In this document: positions 23,164-33,695 of the stretch, one piece after another | Layout of the letters: every line of letters starts with the position of its first letter | Numbering within the stretch: the stretch's first letter is position 1 | NCBI RefSeq assembly: GCF_001194135.2 | Contig: NC_068982.1 | Span: 107,447,120 to 107,485,093 of the forward strand | Length of the DNA: 37,974 bases | Reading direction: 5' to 3' | Origin: Octopus bimaculoides | Taxonomy: Eukaryota | The notes under the pieces: generated by a model | The model's database searches: none | Seen by the model: the letters and a program-made list of their open reading frames with translations, nothing else | What the model was told of the DNA's origin: nothing | Program-made: the position numbers and the translations under genes

Positions 23164-26100
23164 GTCTAGAATTATAATTACCAAATCTGCAAACATTGGA
23201 TATTGTAAAATGACTTCTGGACAGAAATGCAATACCTTGATTGTGGTTTTGAAGTGATAATGGAATATGCATAAGATGTCTACTTCTGAAAGAAAGAAGA
23301 GAAAAAAATTTAATCATTACAATAAATTATTGGATATCTAAATTTCTGAAACAAATTTTGCTAAAATATTTTCAAGTATCATATTATTAATTTCATCTTT
23401 CCTACCCTCTATTCTATATAACATTTCAACAAATCTTTTCCCTGATCATCCTCAATCACTTTATTCCTGTAAAGGCTAGGTTCAGACTTAAAATATTTAT
23501 TTCTAATGCATAGTGATTACATTCTTCACTGTATAGCTCAGTGGTTACAAAGAAAATACAAATAAAATACAAAACATAGAAAATGAGAGTAATACTTTAG
23601 AAATATTCAGTTATTCTTTTTAAAATATTTCTTACCATGAATGAAAAATATTTAACTTTAGCATTTTTTTTTTTTAAGATAAAGAATCATCACTCATTTT
23701 TTATGTCAACTTCTTCCATGCTATCCTGGGTTGGAAGGGACTTTTTTGGATGGTTGGTCTTCCTGGTGCCAACCTTTTCTTGTTTCCTTTTCACATTCCA
23801 CAACACATGAACTGCTGATCTGCCTACTTATATATGACAAGCATCTGTACAGTTTCTGTCTACCAAATTTCATTTGCAACTCATTGGCCAAACTGAAGCT
23901 TTATTAGAAGATATTTGTCCATGATGCCATTCAGTGGAACCAAACCTAGGACCACATGAATTATAATTCTAGACTTGCAGCTGAATTAATCTTGCTGAGT
24001 AAATGATAGTTTTTCCATAAATTATTTGTATGTTTCAAATTCTGATAGTTGCTCAGCTCCAAACTTAAATGATGTCATCTGCATATCATTGTATGAGTAA
24101 AGATTGTGATGAAATCAGAAATAGAAACAATTGTACCAATAAACGAACCAACCTCTTTGCCACCATTGTTTTTATATCTGCTTTTCTATGCTGGTGTGGA
24201 TTAGAGGCAGCATGTTCCTACTGGGTGCCCTTTCTGATGCCAACCTTTTTAGTTGCTTCTTATGACATGAAGTAATATGTTTTGCTAGTTTAGAAAACAA
24301 ACAATAAAGCAGCAGGCTTTCATGGAAGATATACCTAAGAAAAGTAATCAGAGATATTTCATTTTTATGAATTAGAAAGAAATCAATGAAGTTGATATTT
24401 GTCTCAATATAAATACTTCTTGTTTCATTTGATCTCATTTTGAACGGGCTCCTACTGGTTTTGTACATTTTTGGTTTAAGAATTGTGAAAATGTTTCAAG
24501 TTTTGGTTGCATAGCAAGATGACAGATGTCATGTTTTGTCAGCAGTGAAGAAATGGACAAAGTTTATTGTATGAGACATTGAGCATTAAACTGTCTTCAT
24601 ATATTGCATTAACTCTGTGTATCTTACTGTATTGATTCTTAGTCAACTGTTGCTCTATTGCAATAATACACTCTGAGACTGATGCACTTGTCATTCTGCA
24701 TCATTCTCTCTATCTTTATCATGTATATTTCTGATTAAAATCCATTCACCAAGTTTGTATGGCCAATACAAGTGTCTCCTTGTTGAAGGAAAATCTGCAA
24801 GACTATTGCTAACTATGTACTTCTGATGCTCTTTCAGACAATCCACTCAAATAAAAATCAATTTTAAAGAAACAAACAAATAAATCAACATAAATAAGGC
24901 AAAATATTTATTTAGACATGATATCATGTAACTTTTTAATGTTCAGTTCATGACATCATTTATCATACTTTACTGTACAGAATTACACAGTATATATTTT
25001 CAAATAATTGTATAGGGATCTGTTTTAGGGAAATGAAAGTCTGACTGTGTGATCTGTACAAAAACTTTCAGAACTTTCAGAATTATAATTCTTAGAATAT
25101 CAGCTAGGAAAATTAGTTGAGGTTAAAATATCTGTCTATATCTAAAGGCAAGATAAAAATAGTATTTGATAAATAAAATAGATCATAGACAGTGTTGTAC
25201 AGTCATTAAAATCTATTGGTGAATAGCATGGTTGTAAGCCTGCAAACACGTGTGTGTTTGTGTGAGGGAATTTTCATCTGTAGCTACATGTATGTGCAAA
25301 ATCACATATGAGCATGTAATACTCTCCTTATCTTTGTGTATGTATGTATGTATGTGGGTGGAGGAGGCCACTTTCCTCTACAGCAATATATATGTGCATA
25401 TATACATATGAGCGTGTAACACTCTCCTTATCTATGTTTGTATGTATATGTGTGAGCATGCACATGTGCATGCAAAAAGATACTTGTGTAAACTGGGCTT
25501 AAATATTTGCATGTCTAGCAGTTAGTATGAGTTATTTTCTATATGTTCATATAGATCAGTATATGAAGTTGATAGAAATTGTATATGCAACAACCTACAT
25601 GAGCTAAGCAGCTTTCTGTAAGCCAAGATAAAGATTCATTGTTGTAATTTTTATGTTGCATATGTTGGGTTGATCCTTGCCCAGGATGCATGGTATAGCT
25701 AGTTTCCATATGGAGATAAAGTTGATTATCTTGTATATGTAATACTTGACCTTTTAAGATAGCTTCATTATTATTACTTTTATGAATATGAGCAACTGTA
25801 TCCAATGAGGTTACTTGACTAACAAGTTGTATCCTATTATCAAGTTACATCTTACAGTCTTTAAAAAAGTGGAAAACATAGCTTGATATACTCCTAGGTA
25901 TGCAATGCTGAAGAGAAGAATGGGATGGTCATGGCTGGAATGTCTTTGATAATAGATATTCTCAGTTAGCTAAATAACTACTACAAATATAAACATTTTC
26001 ATTTGACACTGAGAGCTTGCTTATGTGAGTCAAGCCCAAAATCTACTTTGCTAAATTCACTCAGGAGAAAATATCTACTAATGTCATCATACTGAAAGAA

Positions 26101-26755
26101 TCAGGACTCAAATGTCATCTGAGGAATCAGGTCATGAGCAGAAATTAACCTGCTGTTGAACCTTGCACAGTACTGATGAGCAATTACTAAAAAATTAAAA
26201 ATAAGCATAGCTCAGAGTAAGCAACATCAAGGAGTAAAATATAAACTCAGTCAATTGACAACATAATCTGGTGGACATTGCTAAACTGTCCTTCCACACA
26301 GCACAGTGGTGCAACAAGAGATTAGCTGTTGTGCTGTAAATACAAGCATAGTATACATACATCGAGTGACAGGTGAAAACTAACTCTGCTTAAGGACCCA
26401 AATGCAGTTCCATGTTCTTCATTGTCGTAGCTGTAGTAGGAAGGTAAAAGAGTTCAGTGGCTGGCTACTCTTTTTCCATTGATAGTTCCCTTTCTTCCTC
26501 ACAGAAAAAATATTGGTTGTTTTAAATCAGAAGTTCACAAACTGGGGAGGGTGTACTTCAGGGTTACACAAGAGAAATTGTAGCATGTGATTTGTAAAAA
26601 AAAAGTAGACTTTTGAAGTAAATATAATTTGCATGACTAGAAATATGTAGAAGGTCTTTTACTGTTACCATCCTCTTATTGTGTGAGCAAGGCTTTTCAT
26701 CAATGGATGCTAAATGATGATGATGCTGATTATGTTTATAATCAAAAACCAGTTT

Positions 26756-26815
26756 CATGCAAGACTATCAGTTGAGGATTACATGCAAGACTATCAGTTG
26801 AGGATTACATGCAAG
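26756..26815. repeat. Perfect 26-bp tandem duplication (2.3 copies of catgcaagactatcagttgaggatta)
   Basis: Directly visible. Confidence 0.95.
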
Positions 26816-26994
26816 TGTGCTTTTCTGAAACTATGCCTTGAACTGAGGTATTAGAAAAAGCCAAGCTATTCACCTGTGTAATTAAAAAGTGATAGAGTTC
26901 ATGGATGGTTAATGAGTTGGATGTGGTGCCAAAGAAAGAGCAAGGACTCCTAAAAGAAGTTTTCAAAAGTAACTAGTAGCAATTTCTCTTGAAA

Positions 26995-27405
26995 ATGGAC
27001 AAAATGTCACATCATGGTTTTATCAAGTACCTGCAGAAAAAGGCTTTAGGCTCCAAGGATATTCATGCTGACATGGTTGCTACATTAGGGGACGATGCTC
27101 CAGCTTTATCAACAGTGCAAAAGTGAGCAGCTGAAGGGAGAGTCTTGAAGATGACCCAAAGTATGGATGCCCTGCAACTGCCACCACCGAGGAAAACATG
27201 GATCATATTCATCACATTGGATGGATGACAAACAACAGTTGAATTATAAATCAAATAACTGATGCTATCCCAGCATATTCCATGAGAGAGTTGAGAATAA
27301 TCTACTCCATAAACTTGGCATAATGAAGGTTTTTGCTCAGTGGATATCACATCTTCTGACACCTGATCAAAAATGCACACCAGGCTGATCACATCATGGG
27401 AAAAT
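26995..27405 (+). mobile_element. Mariner transposase N-terminal relic
   Basis: MDK..FIKYLQKK...DIHADMVATLGDDAPALSTVQK, ESLEDDP..G.PAT..TEEN and KVFAQWISHLLTPDQK (a WVPHEL-type motif), with stops and frameshifts. Confidence 0.85.
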
Positions 27406-27838
27406 CTGAGTTTCAGGTTGATCACTTTGAGCAAGAGACATAGAGACAATCCATGCAGTGTAGTATCTTAGTCAGCCTGTGATCTTTTCAGCTGACTCTG
27501 CAACCTTTTCAGCTGATCCTTGTATTATGTTGGTTTCCAACAAAGTGTCCTCTCTGAAATGTCTGGATTATTTTCTCTGCATGACAGACACACCTTGTTT
27601 TTTTGTTCTTTTTAGAAAGCTTCATTGACCCCAGAAGAAAGCTTATTTTTCTTAGCCCAGTTTGCCTGACGAGTTATGCCTCATGATTGAATGGTTATAC
27701 CTCATGACTAAATAGTTTGTTAAATGAAATGGCTTTCAACTATGAAAATTGTGATTCTTTCAATATGCAAATATCTCACTTTATAAAATATCAATCCATT
27801 TGTACTGATACAAAGAACTTGATATGAAATAATATGTA

Positions 27839-28061
27839 TTAGGGGTTGCTGAGAAGTTCCTGGCTTTAAGAGTATTATGAAAGGCCTGGTTTGGTTAGAG
27901 GCCCAACCTTCCAACTTCTTTTACAGGGTTTAGAAAAAAACTGAAGGACCACTGCAATAAGTGTGTGAATCTGAGAGGGGAATATGTTGAATAAAATCAT
28001 AATTAACTGATCCTCCTGTATTTTCTTTTACCCAAGCCAGGAACTTTTCAGAACCCCCTCA
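27839..28061 (-). mobile_element. Mariner-type MITE, copy 2 (inverted relative to 1291-1510)
   Basis: TIRs aggggttgctgagaagttcctggct / agccaggaacttttcagaaccccct with TA flanks; the interior is the reverse complement of copy 1. Confidence 0.88.
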
Positions 28062-29439
28062 TATTTCATTGTTTGTTAACACGGAAGATATTTTTTACAT
28101 AGTAGTATTCCATATATGTTTCTTTTTGTTCTATTTGTTTAATTGCATCTAAGTTAAGTATTTAGTGCTCGAAGATCATTTCTGTTGGGTTTTACTTTTA
28201 CCTTAGTCCCACTGGAACTAGATCAAATCTGATAAGATACCAGTGCTTATTTTTACCTCAACAGATGTACAAATAGCATCCTAGCTCTACTATCAATGCT
28301 AATTCAGTTCACTAGATACTTTTCACTACAAAAGATAAAAGTACAATAAATAAAAATAAGATAGTAATAAAATTGGCTAAATTTCCAATAAAAAGGAACT
28401 AATAATTCCCCTTCTTTAGGAAATAGTTCGCCTCAAGCAAAAACCAATAGAATTAGAAGTCAGTTTTCAAACAGTATATGAAATTTATTCTTTACACACA
28501 GCTTTAAGCAATAGTATTTTGTTATTGACCATCCCACCTTTTTTGTATATCTAGAACTACATTATTCAATGTGGCCTTTTTTTTTTTTTTAAGACAGAAT
28601 GGTGTAATTTGAGGGAGATTTGGATGCAACATGTAGCAGATTGAGTGACCATATAGAGCTTTCCCTTTCTCTTTTTACTTTCAGCAGTAGAAAGAGGAGT
28701 AGTTGTAGGAGGATAGTGATATATGTGTTACATGCTTTTTTATCAACAGAACTTGTTACTGATATACAGTTTATCCTTACTGCTGCTACTGATGTTGTTG
28801 GTTTTTATTATTAATACCATATGTTAAGTCTGACAAGGAACAAAATACCAATATTTTTTCTTATCAATTGAAAATAATATTAAATTACATTTTTGTATTT
28901 CTTCCTTCTTTTCTTCTTCAGTTTTGTATATTTATCCTTAACTTTTATTTATTTATCTATTTTTTTTTTGCTCTATTAAATTTATTAGCTATTTCGCAGA
29001 AATAGTTTCAGAAACATTAAACCAGATTTTGTAGCCCTTGTTTGATGATTTTTATAATAGAAGTTTTTTTTTTTACAATTTGTGTTACTGATGTTGCAAA
29101 ATATACTGGAAATTCTTATTGTTGTATTTTGAATGAAACAAAACAGGAGAGTGGGTGCAGACAGACAGACAGACAGAAGATAAAGTGAAACAGAACATAT
29201 TCATTGGCCTGATGATTATGGATTAAATATTTTTATTCACTCTCACACTTATCTTTGAGCACTTTATTCTTAATAGCTGGACATAGCTTCTTTTGGAACT
29301 TGTCATGCCCTTATATATATATATATATATGATATAATTTCTTTTTTTGATTAAATTATTTGCTGTTTTAGTCACTTTTACTCATTAATAGATAACATCA
29401 TAGCTAAGCTAAAGATGGTCATTGAGATATATCTAAACT

Positions 29440-29547
29440 ACCTTCAAGGATTTAATCCATCATATCAGCCTTAGTATGCAGTGGAATCAAACTTGGGACC
29501 AAGTCATTGTGAAGTAAGCTTCCTAACCTCCTAATCACACAGCTATG
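29440..29547 (-). mobile_element. Decayed family A SINE head
   Basis: The minus strand catagctgtgtgattagg...ggaagcttacttc...ccaagtttgattccactgcat resembles the family A head. Confidence 0.55.
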
Positions 29548-29584
29548 CTACATTTTGATCTTAGCCAAAAGGTTGAGAAGCTAT
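29548..29584 (-). pseudogene. U2: 3'-truncated U2 snRNA retro-fragment (about U2 nt 1-36)
   Basis: The minus strand reads atagcttctcaaccttttggctaagatcaaaatgtag; the metazoan U2 5' end is atcgcttctcggccttttggctaagatcaagtgtag. By hand alignment there are 4 substitutions and one inserted base. Confidence 0.85.
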
Positions 29585-30188
29585 GCAGAGCTAGCTATGC
29601 TAGTTCTGCATTTATTTCTTTATATTCAATCAACATATTGTGAAAATGAAATGGCTGATTGGATGTGGGACATTTTCACAAATTTTGAGTTCAAATCCAA
29701 TGCAGATATCTTTTATTGTTCTTTCTTTGGGCTGTATTTAACTCTGCATGTGTCCGTTCACTTATCTCTCTGGATTAAGTATTGGGTTATATGGTAATTT
29801 TCTTTCTTTCTTTCTTTTTTTTTTTTGGTGAGATAGCCTGACAATCTATGTAGGTGGAGTGGATTTTTCTCTCATCTGCTTAATACTAGAAAATCAGAGT
29901 TAAGGATGTCCATCAAAACACCAATAGAATGTAGGCTAGATTTTTAATGGACAATTAATCTGAAATTGAGTTTTGTTACTTTAGTCAATTCTGATTATAT
30001 TCAAGCTGTGACCTTCCCATATTTTTATTAGCACAAGAACTTCTTTATGTAATGTATCCCTTTTATTTATTCAAGATATTACAGTGTGATTTAACGGAGA
30101 TTTGGTTGCTATTCATAGCAGGTCAATCAGTCACAAACTCTTACACTCACACACATTGTGTCTAGAGGTGTAGATATGGCAGGCTAGA

Positions 30189-30219
30189 GTTTCGTCACAG
30201 ATTTAGTGTGCCTCATCAG
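30189..30219 (-). ncRNA. Hammerhead ribozyme catalytic core, probably a degenerate relic
   Basis: Minus strand CTGATGA-ggcaca-ctaaatc-tgtgac-GAAAC: both conserved core boxes flank a 6-bp stem II with one G.A mismatch. I found no in-register NUH cleavage triplet. Confidence 0.5.
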
Positions 30220-30852
30220 TCTCCAAGAAGTCTTCAATTAAAAAGTGTGGTATAGGAGAGCTTATTTCAGGTTTCATGGCATTAAATTGTGAAGACATCT
30301 CCTATTCTGTATAGCAGCTAGTATGTTGCAAGCTAGTACAACAATGATCTGCTATGCAATGCTCATATTGCCAGCATGGGTTATATGAGATGCCCTATGG
30401 CACTAGTAGTATTTACATGTCACTAGGTGGATTGAACAAGAGAAAACAATTTTTCACTAGTCATACAATGCATTACAATTGATGAGATATGAACTATTTA
30501 CTCTTTGATTGGCTGACAGGTAACCTGGCAATTCTCAAAAGAATAATTAACAGGGATATTCTTCTTACAACCAAGGATACAATATAATTTCAATCAAGTC
30601 GTATCACTTAGTATCAGCAGTATCAATACATTATTTGATTAAGGAAATAATTAAACCCTGTAAACAAAGGACTCAAGTCTAGCAGCAGCAACAGAAACAT
30701 CTGCAATAGAAATGCTAACAATATGAAGAATTTTGCTATGCTTCAATCAACAAAATGATCAGCTTAAATTATTGGAGATTAATTGATATATTTGTGTGCT
30801 TATTTACTAAGTTGTATATATTTCATAATGACACTGTATTCATTTATTACAG

Positions 30853-30939
30853 CATGCTGCTGAGTTTGAGAAGAAACAGAATGAAGCAGAAAACAAAAAA
30901 TTATGGGGTGAAGTGATACAGTATGGTAATGTGATTCAG
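30853..30939 (+). CDS. ITPR: ITPR coding exon: [29 protein letters not shown]
   Basis: Acceptor catttattacag| and donor |gtagga; 87 bp, phase 0-0, in frame with the previous exon. Matches ITPR1 [29 protein letters not shown]. Confidence 0.97.
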
Positions 30940-31184
30940 GTAGGATTTTCATTCAGTTTTTCCTTTTTCATTCTCCTTTGAAAATTAAACAGTATAAATG
31001 TCATGACAGCTTGATATGACTAATTGCATCATAGATTCAAGATGCTTTACAATTGTCTCAAGCCTAAGGTATCTTTCCTTTACCTTCAGTTGTCTTTAGT
31101 GAAAATAATTTGGTTGTAAATGCTTGATCAAGTATTCAGTCTTTTGATGTGCTACTTCCTAATCTGCACCATTTCCTAGACGGA

Positions 31185-31330
31185 ACTATGGATTGTTAGA
31201 AGCTAGCAGAGCTATTTGAGCATTACACACAATGTCTTTCAGTGTTCTGACTCAGCTATGTTCTGAGTTTGAGTCCTGCTGAGGTCAGTTTTGCCTCTCA
31301 ATCTTCTGGAGTCAATAAAATAAAGTATGA
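31185..31330 (+). mobile_element. Decayed tRNA-derived SINE, family B
   Basis: ttctgagtttgagtcctgctgaggtcagttttgcctctcaatcttctggagtcaataaaataaagta is homologous to family B. Confidence 0.65.
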
Positions 31331-31550
31331 ATAAAAGTATCAAGGTATAGCCCTCTCTCCCTCCAGCTTTCATATCTTCATGGTTTAGTTGGGTCAAGAG
31401 GATGTTTGCTTGACACTACACAGTCATCTAAAACAGGGGTGAAAGCATAGTGCATGCTGCTACTAAGTCATACTTGACTGTAAGTGACAGCTGAATTATT
31501 TTCAAAATAATTCTATCAATGAAGAAATGGAAACAAATTTAATTGATGTT

Positions 31551-31893
31551 ATCATCATCATTGTTTTAGTGTCTGCTTTCTATGTTTGCGTGGGTCAGAT
31601 GCAACTTGAGGTAGATTTTCCACAGTCGGATACTCTTCCTGTTGCCAACCTTCACTTGTTTCCAAGCAACATAATATTTTCATATGGCCAGTTATGTATT
31701 TCACAGAAAAATGATTTACATCCACCATGTGATATTGAGACATGGGTGCACACACACCAAATCCATTCATATGCTTTCGTTGGCCCAGGCCTATAGTAGA
31801 AGTCATTTACCCAAGGTGCTGTATAGTGGGACTGAGCTTGAGACTACATGGTTGGGAAGCAAGCTTCTTAACCATACAGATTTGCCTGCACCT
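31551..31893 (-). mobile_element. SINE with a family A head and an RTE-type (GAT)n tail
   Basis: 31780-31893 matches the family A head (accttgggtaaatgacttctactataggcc on the minus strand). 31551-31660 matches the RTE tail (ggttggcaacaggaagagtatccga...gatgatgatgat on the minus strand). Confidence 0.75.
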
Positions 31894-32384
31894 AGTTTAA
31901 TTTATAGCAGCCTTACCCATGTAAGCAGAGAAAGAAATAGATATAAAAAGAGCAAATGAAAAATGAAATATTTATATTTTACCTAAAAAAAGACAAAATA
32001 AAATACAAGATAATTAAAAGATTGAACGAATGATTAAATTAAATTTATAAAACTTGTTCATTTTAGCAAATATTATTGAGGAGTTTGCAAATACGTTTTT
32101 AACTTGGCTGGTTGAATAAAATTTGTTAATAAATATTCACTGATTCCTTGTTGCTTTTGATACCTGCCCACCAACCTTTCCTATTATACTCTTGCCCCTG
32201 CCACTCTCTCACTCATTTTGGCCCTTTCTCATATCCCCCTCTTAGGTCACATGAGCAAATGTACATACCCCAGACTACTAAATACTCCTTACATTTAGAT
32301 TCTTATCAATTCCCTCTCAGCTGGCCATATCTGACCTTTTTGTTATTCAGTCTAGGCTGCTCATGCCTCAGACTGTTGAGTATT

Positions 32385-32620
32385 CTGAGTGCCACAAGAA
32401 AAAGCACCCACTACCCTCTATTTAGTGGTTGGCATTAGGAAGTGCATCCAGCCTCAAAAAATAAAACAAATGACATGTCTTTAAGACTCTTTAAAACTCT
32501 TAAAGACTTTAAGAGCAATAGCTTCCAGTAAGATCAGTAGTTTCCAATAAGAAATGATGGGCTGTGGTAACTCAGCCAACCCATGTCAGCATGGAAAACA
32601 GATATAAAAAAGATGTTGAT
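32385..32620 (+). mobile_element. Decayed RTE-type 3'UTR fragment
   Basis: aaaaagcaccc...gtggttggcattaggaagtgcatccagc...ccaacccatgtcagcatggaaaacaga matches the RTE 3'UTR. Confidence 0.65.
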
Positions 32621-32899
32621 CCATGTATATTCTATAAACTATATAGACACACTTGTTGTAAAACAAAAATTCATATTTCATTTTTGTATTTGGTTTTCAA
32701 AAGTCTTTATGTAAATTTGTGTGTTGAAGCAAATTTCATTGGGGAGAGTCATTCTCTTTTAGTGCCTTATTATTTAACACACTCACCAGTTCAATTTCCA
32801 CTCATTTAGTTATTTGTCTTTTCTAAAATTTTTGTTGTGTCTTGCAACCTTTTCAATACTCGTTGACTCTGTTTGTTATCAGAGCTGCATTCTTTTTGC

Positions 32900-33365
32900 T
32901 TGTTTGCTTGTGTGCATCAGTGTGCATGTGTATGCATATGTATGTATATGTGTGTATGCATGTATGTGTATGAATATATATATATATATATGTATGCGTG
33001 TGTGTATGTATGTATGTATGCATGTATTCTGCATATCCATGTTTGTGTGTTCATGTTTGTGTTTATGTATGTGTGTATGTGTGTGTGCACCTCTGTTTCC
33101 TTGTGTGTGCATGTTTGAGTGTGTCTATGTGTATGGGTTTGTGTGACTATGCACGTGTGTTTGTTATATATGGATGTATGTCCTCATATGTGTCCTTGTG
33201 TGTGTGAAGTGTGTGTGTGCGCATATATATGATCATGTGTTTCAGTCTTCATTTGTGCGTGTGTTTATTACTTATGTAACTATCTATCTATTTATCTATG
33301 TTTACTTACATATCCATTTATTCACACACACACACACATATATATACACATATATATGTCTACAT
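32900..33365. repeat. Cryptically simple GT/AT-rich microsatellite mosaic
   Basis: Directly visible; it accounts for the C/V/Y/M-rich spurious ORFs here. Confidence 0.85.
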
Positions 33366-33429
33366 AACAGCCTATTAACAACTCTACCTGTGTATATCTA
33401 AACTATGGGTATTGGTGTGTGACTACCTT

Positions 33430-33695
33430 CTACATATATTTCCTATTTAGTACTGGGGATGTTTCATTTATGAGGACATACTCCTGTATTTGTCTGAATG
33501 CTGGGCCCTTCGGGTGCTTGGATAAAATGTGAATGTCAAGTTGACCCAGTGTGCCTTCATGTTGGTCATTGGCATGTTGGTAGAGAATGGAGAACTGTTT
33601 TTTGTCATCATATTGTCTCAAATGTTTATTTAGTCTCTCTGCAATGCTTCTAGATGTCTCACCTATGTATATCATGTTCTTGCCTTCACAAGCAT
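33430..33695 (-). mobile_element. GIY-YIG endonuclease fragment, PLE-type
   Basis: ACEGKNMIYIGETSRSIAERLNKH...SILYQHANDQH...RQIQEYVLINETSPVLNRK contains the YIG-T-R..ER..H and R..E..I..LN motifs of PLE endonucleases; there are no stops over this stretch. Confidence 0.85.

Noticed and set aside
26280-26430. Possible ancient RTE C-terminal relic on the minus strand (AFGSLSRV...LLHHCAVW)
   Set aside because: The similarity is weak and interrupted; it needs a profile search.
32822-32860. Possible variant hammerhead on the minus strand (ttgaaaag-gttgc-aagac-acaac-aaaa)
   Set aside because: It would need a U3-A8 core variant, an extra base, loss of G12 and a broken stem. That is too many assumptions without a family consensus.
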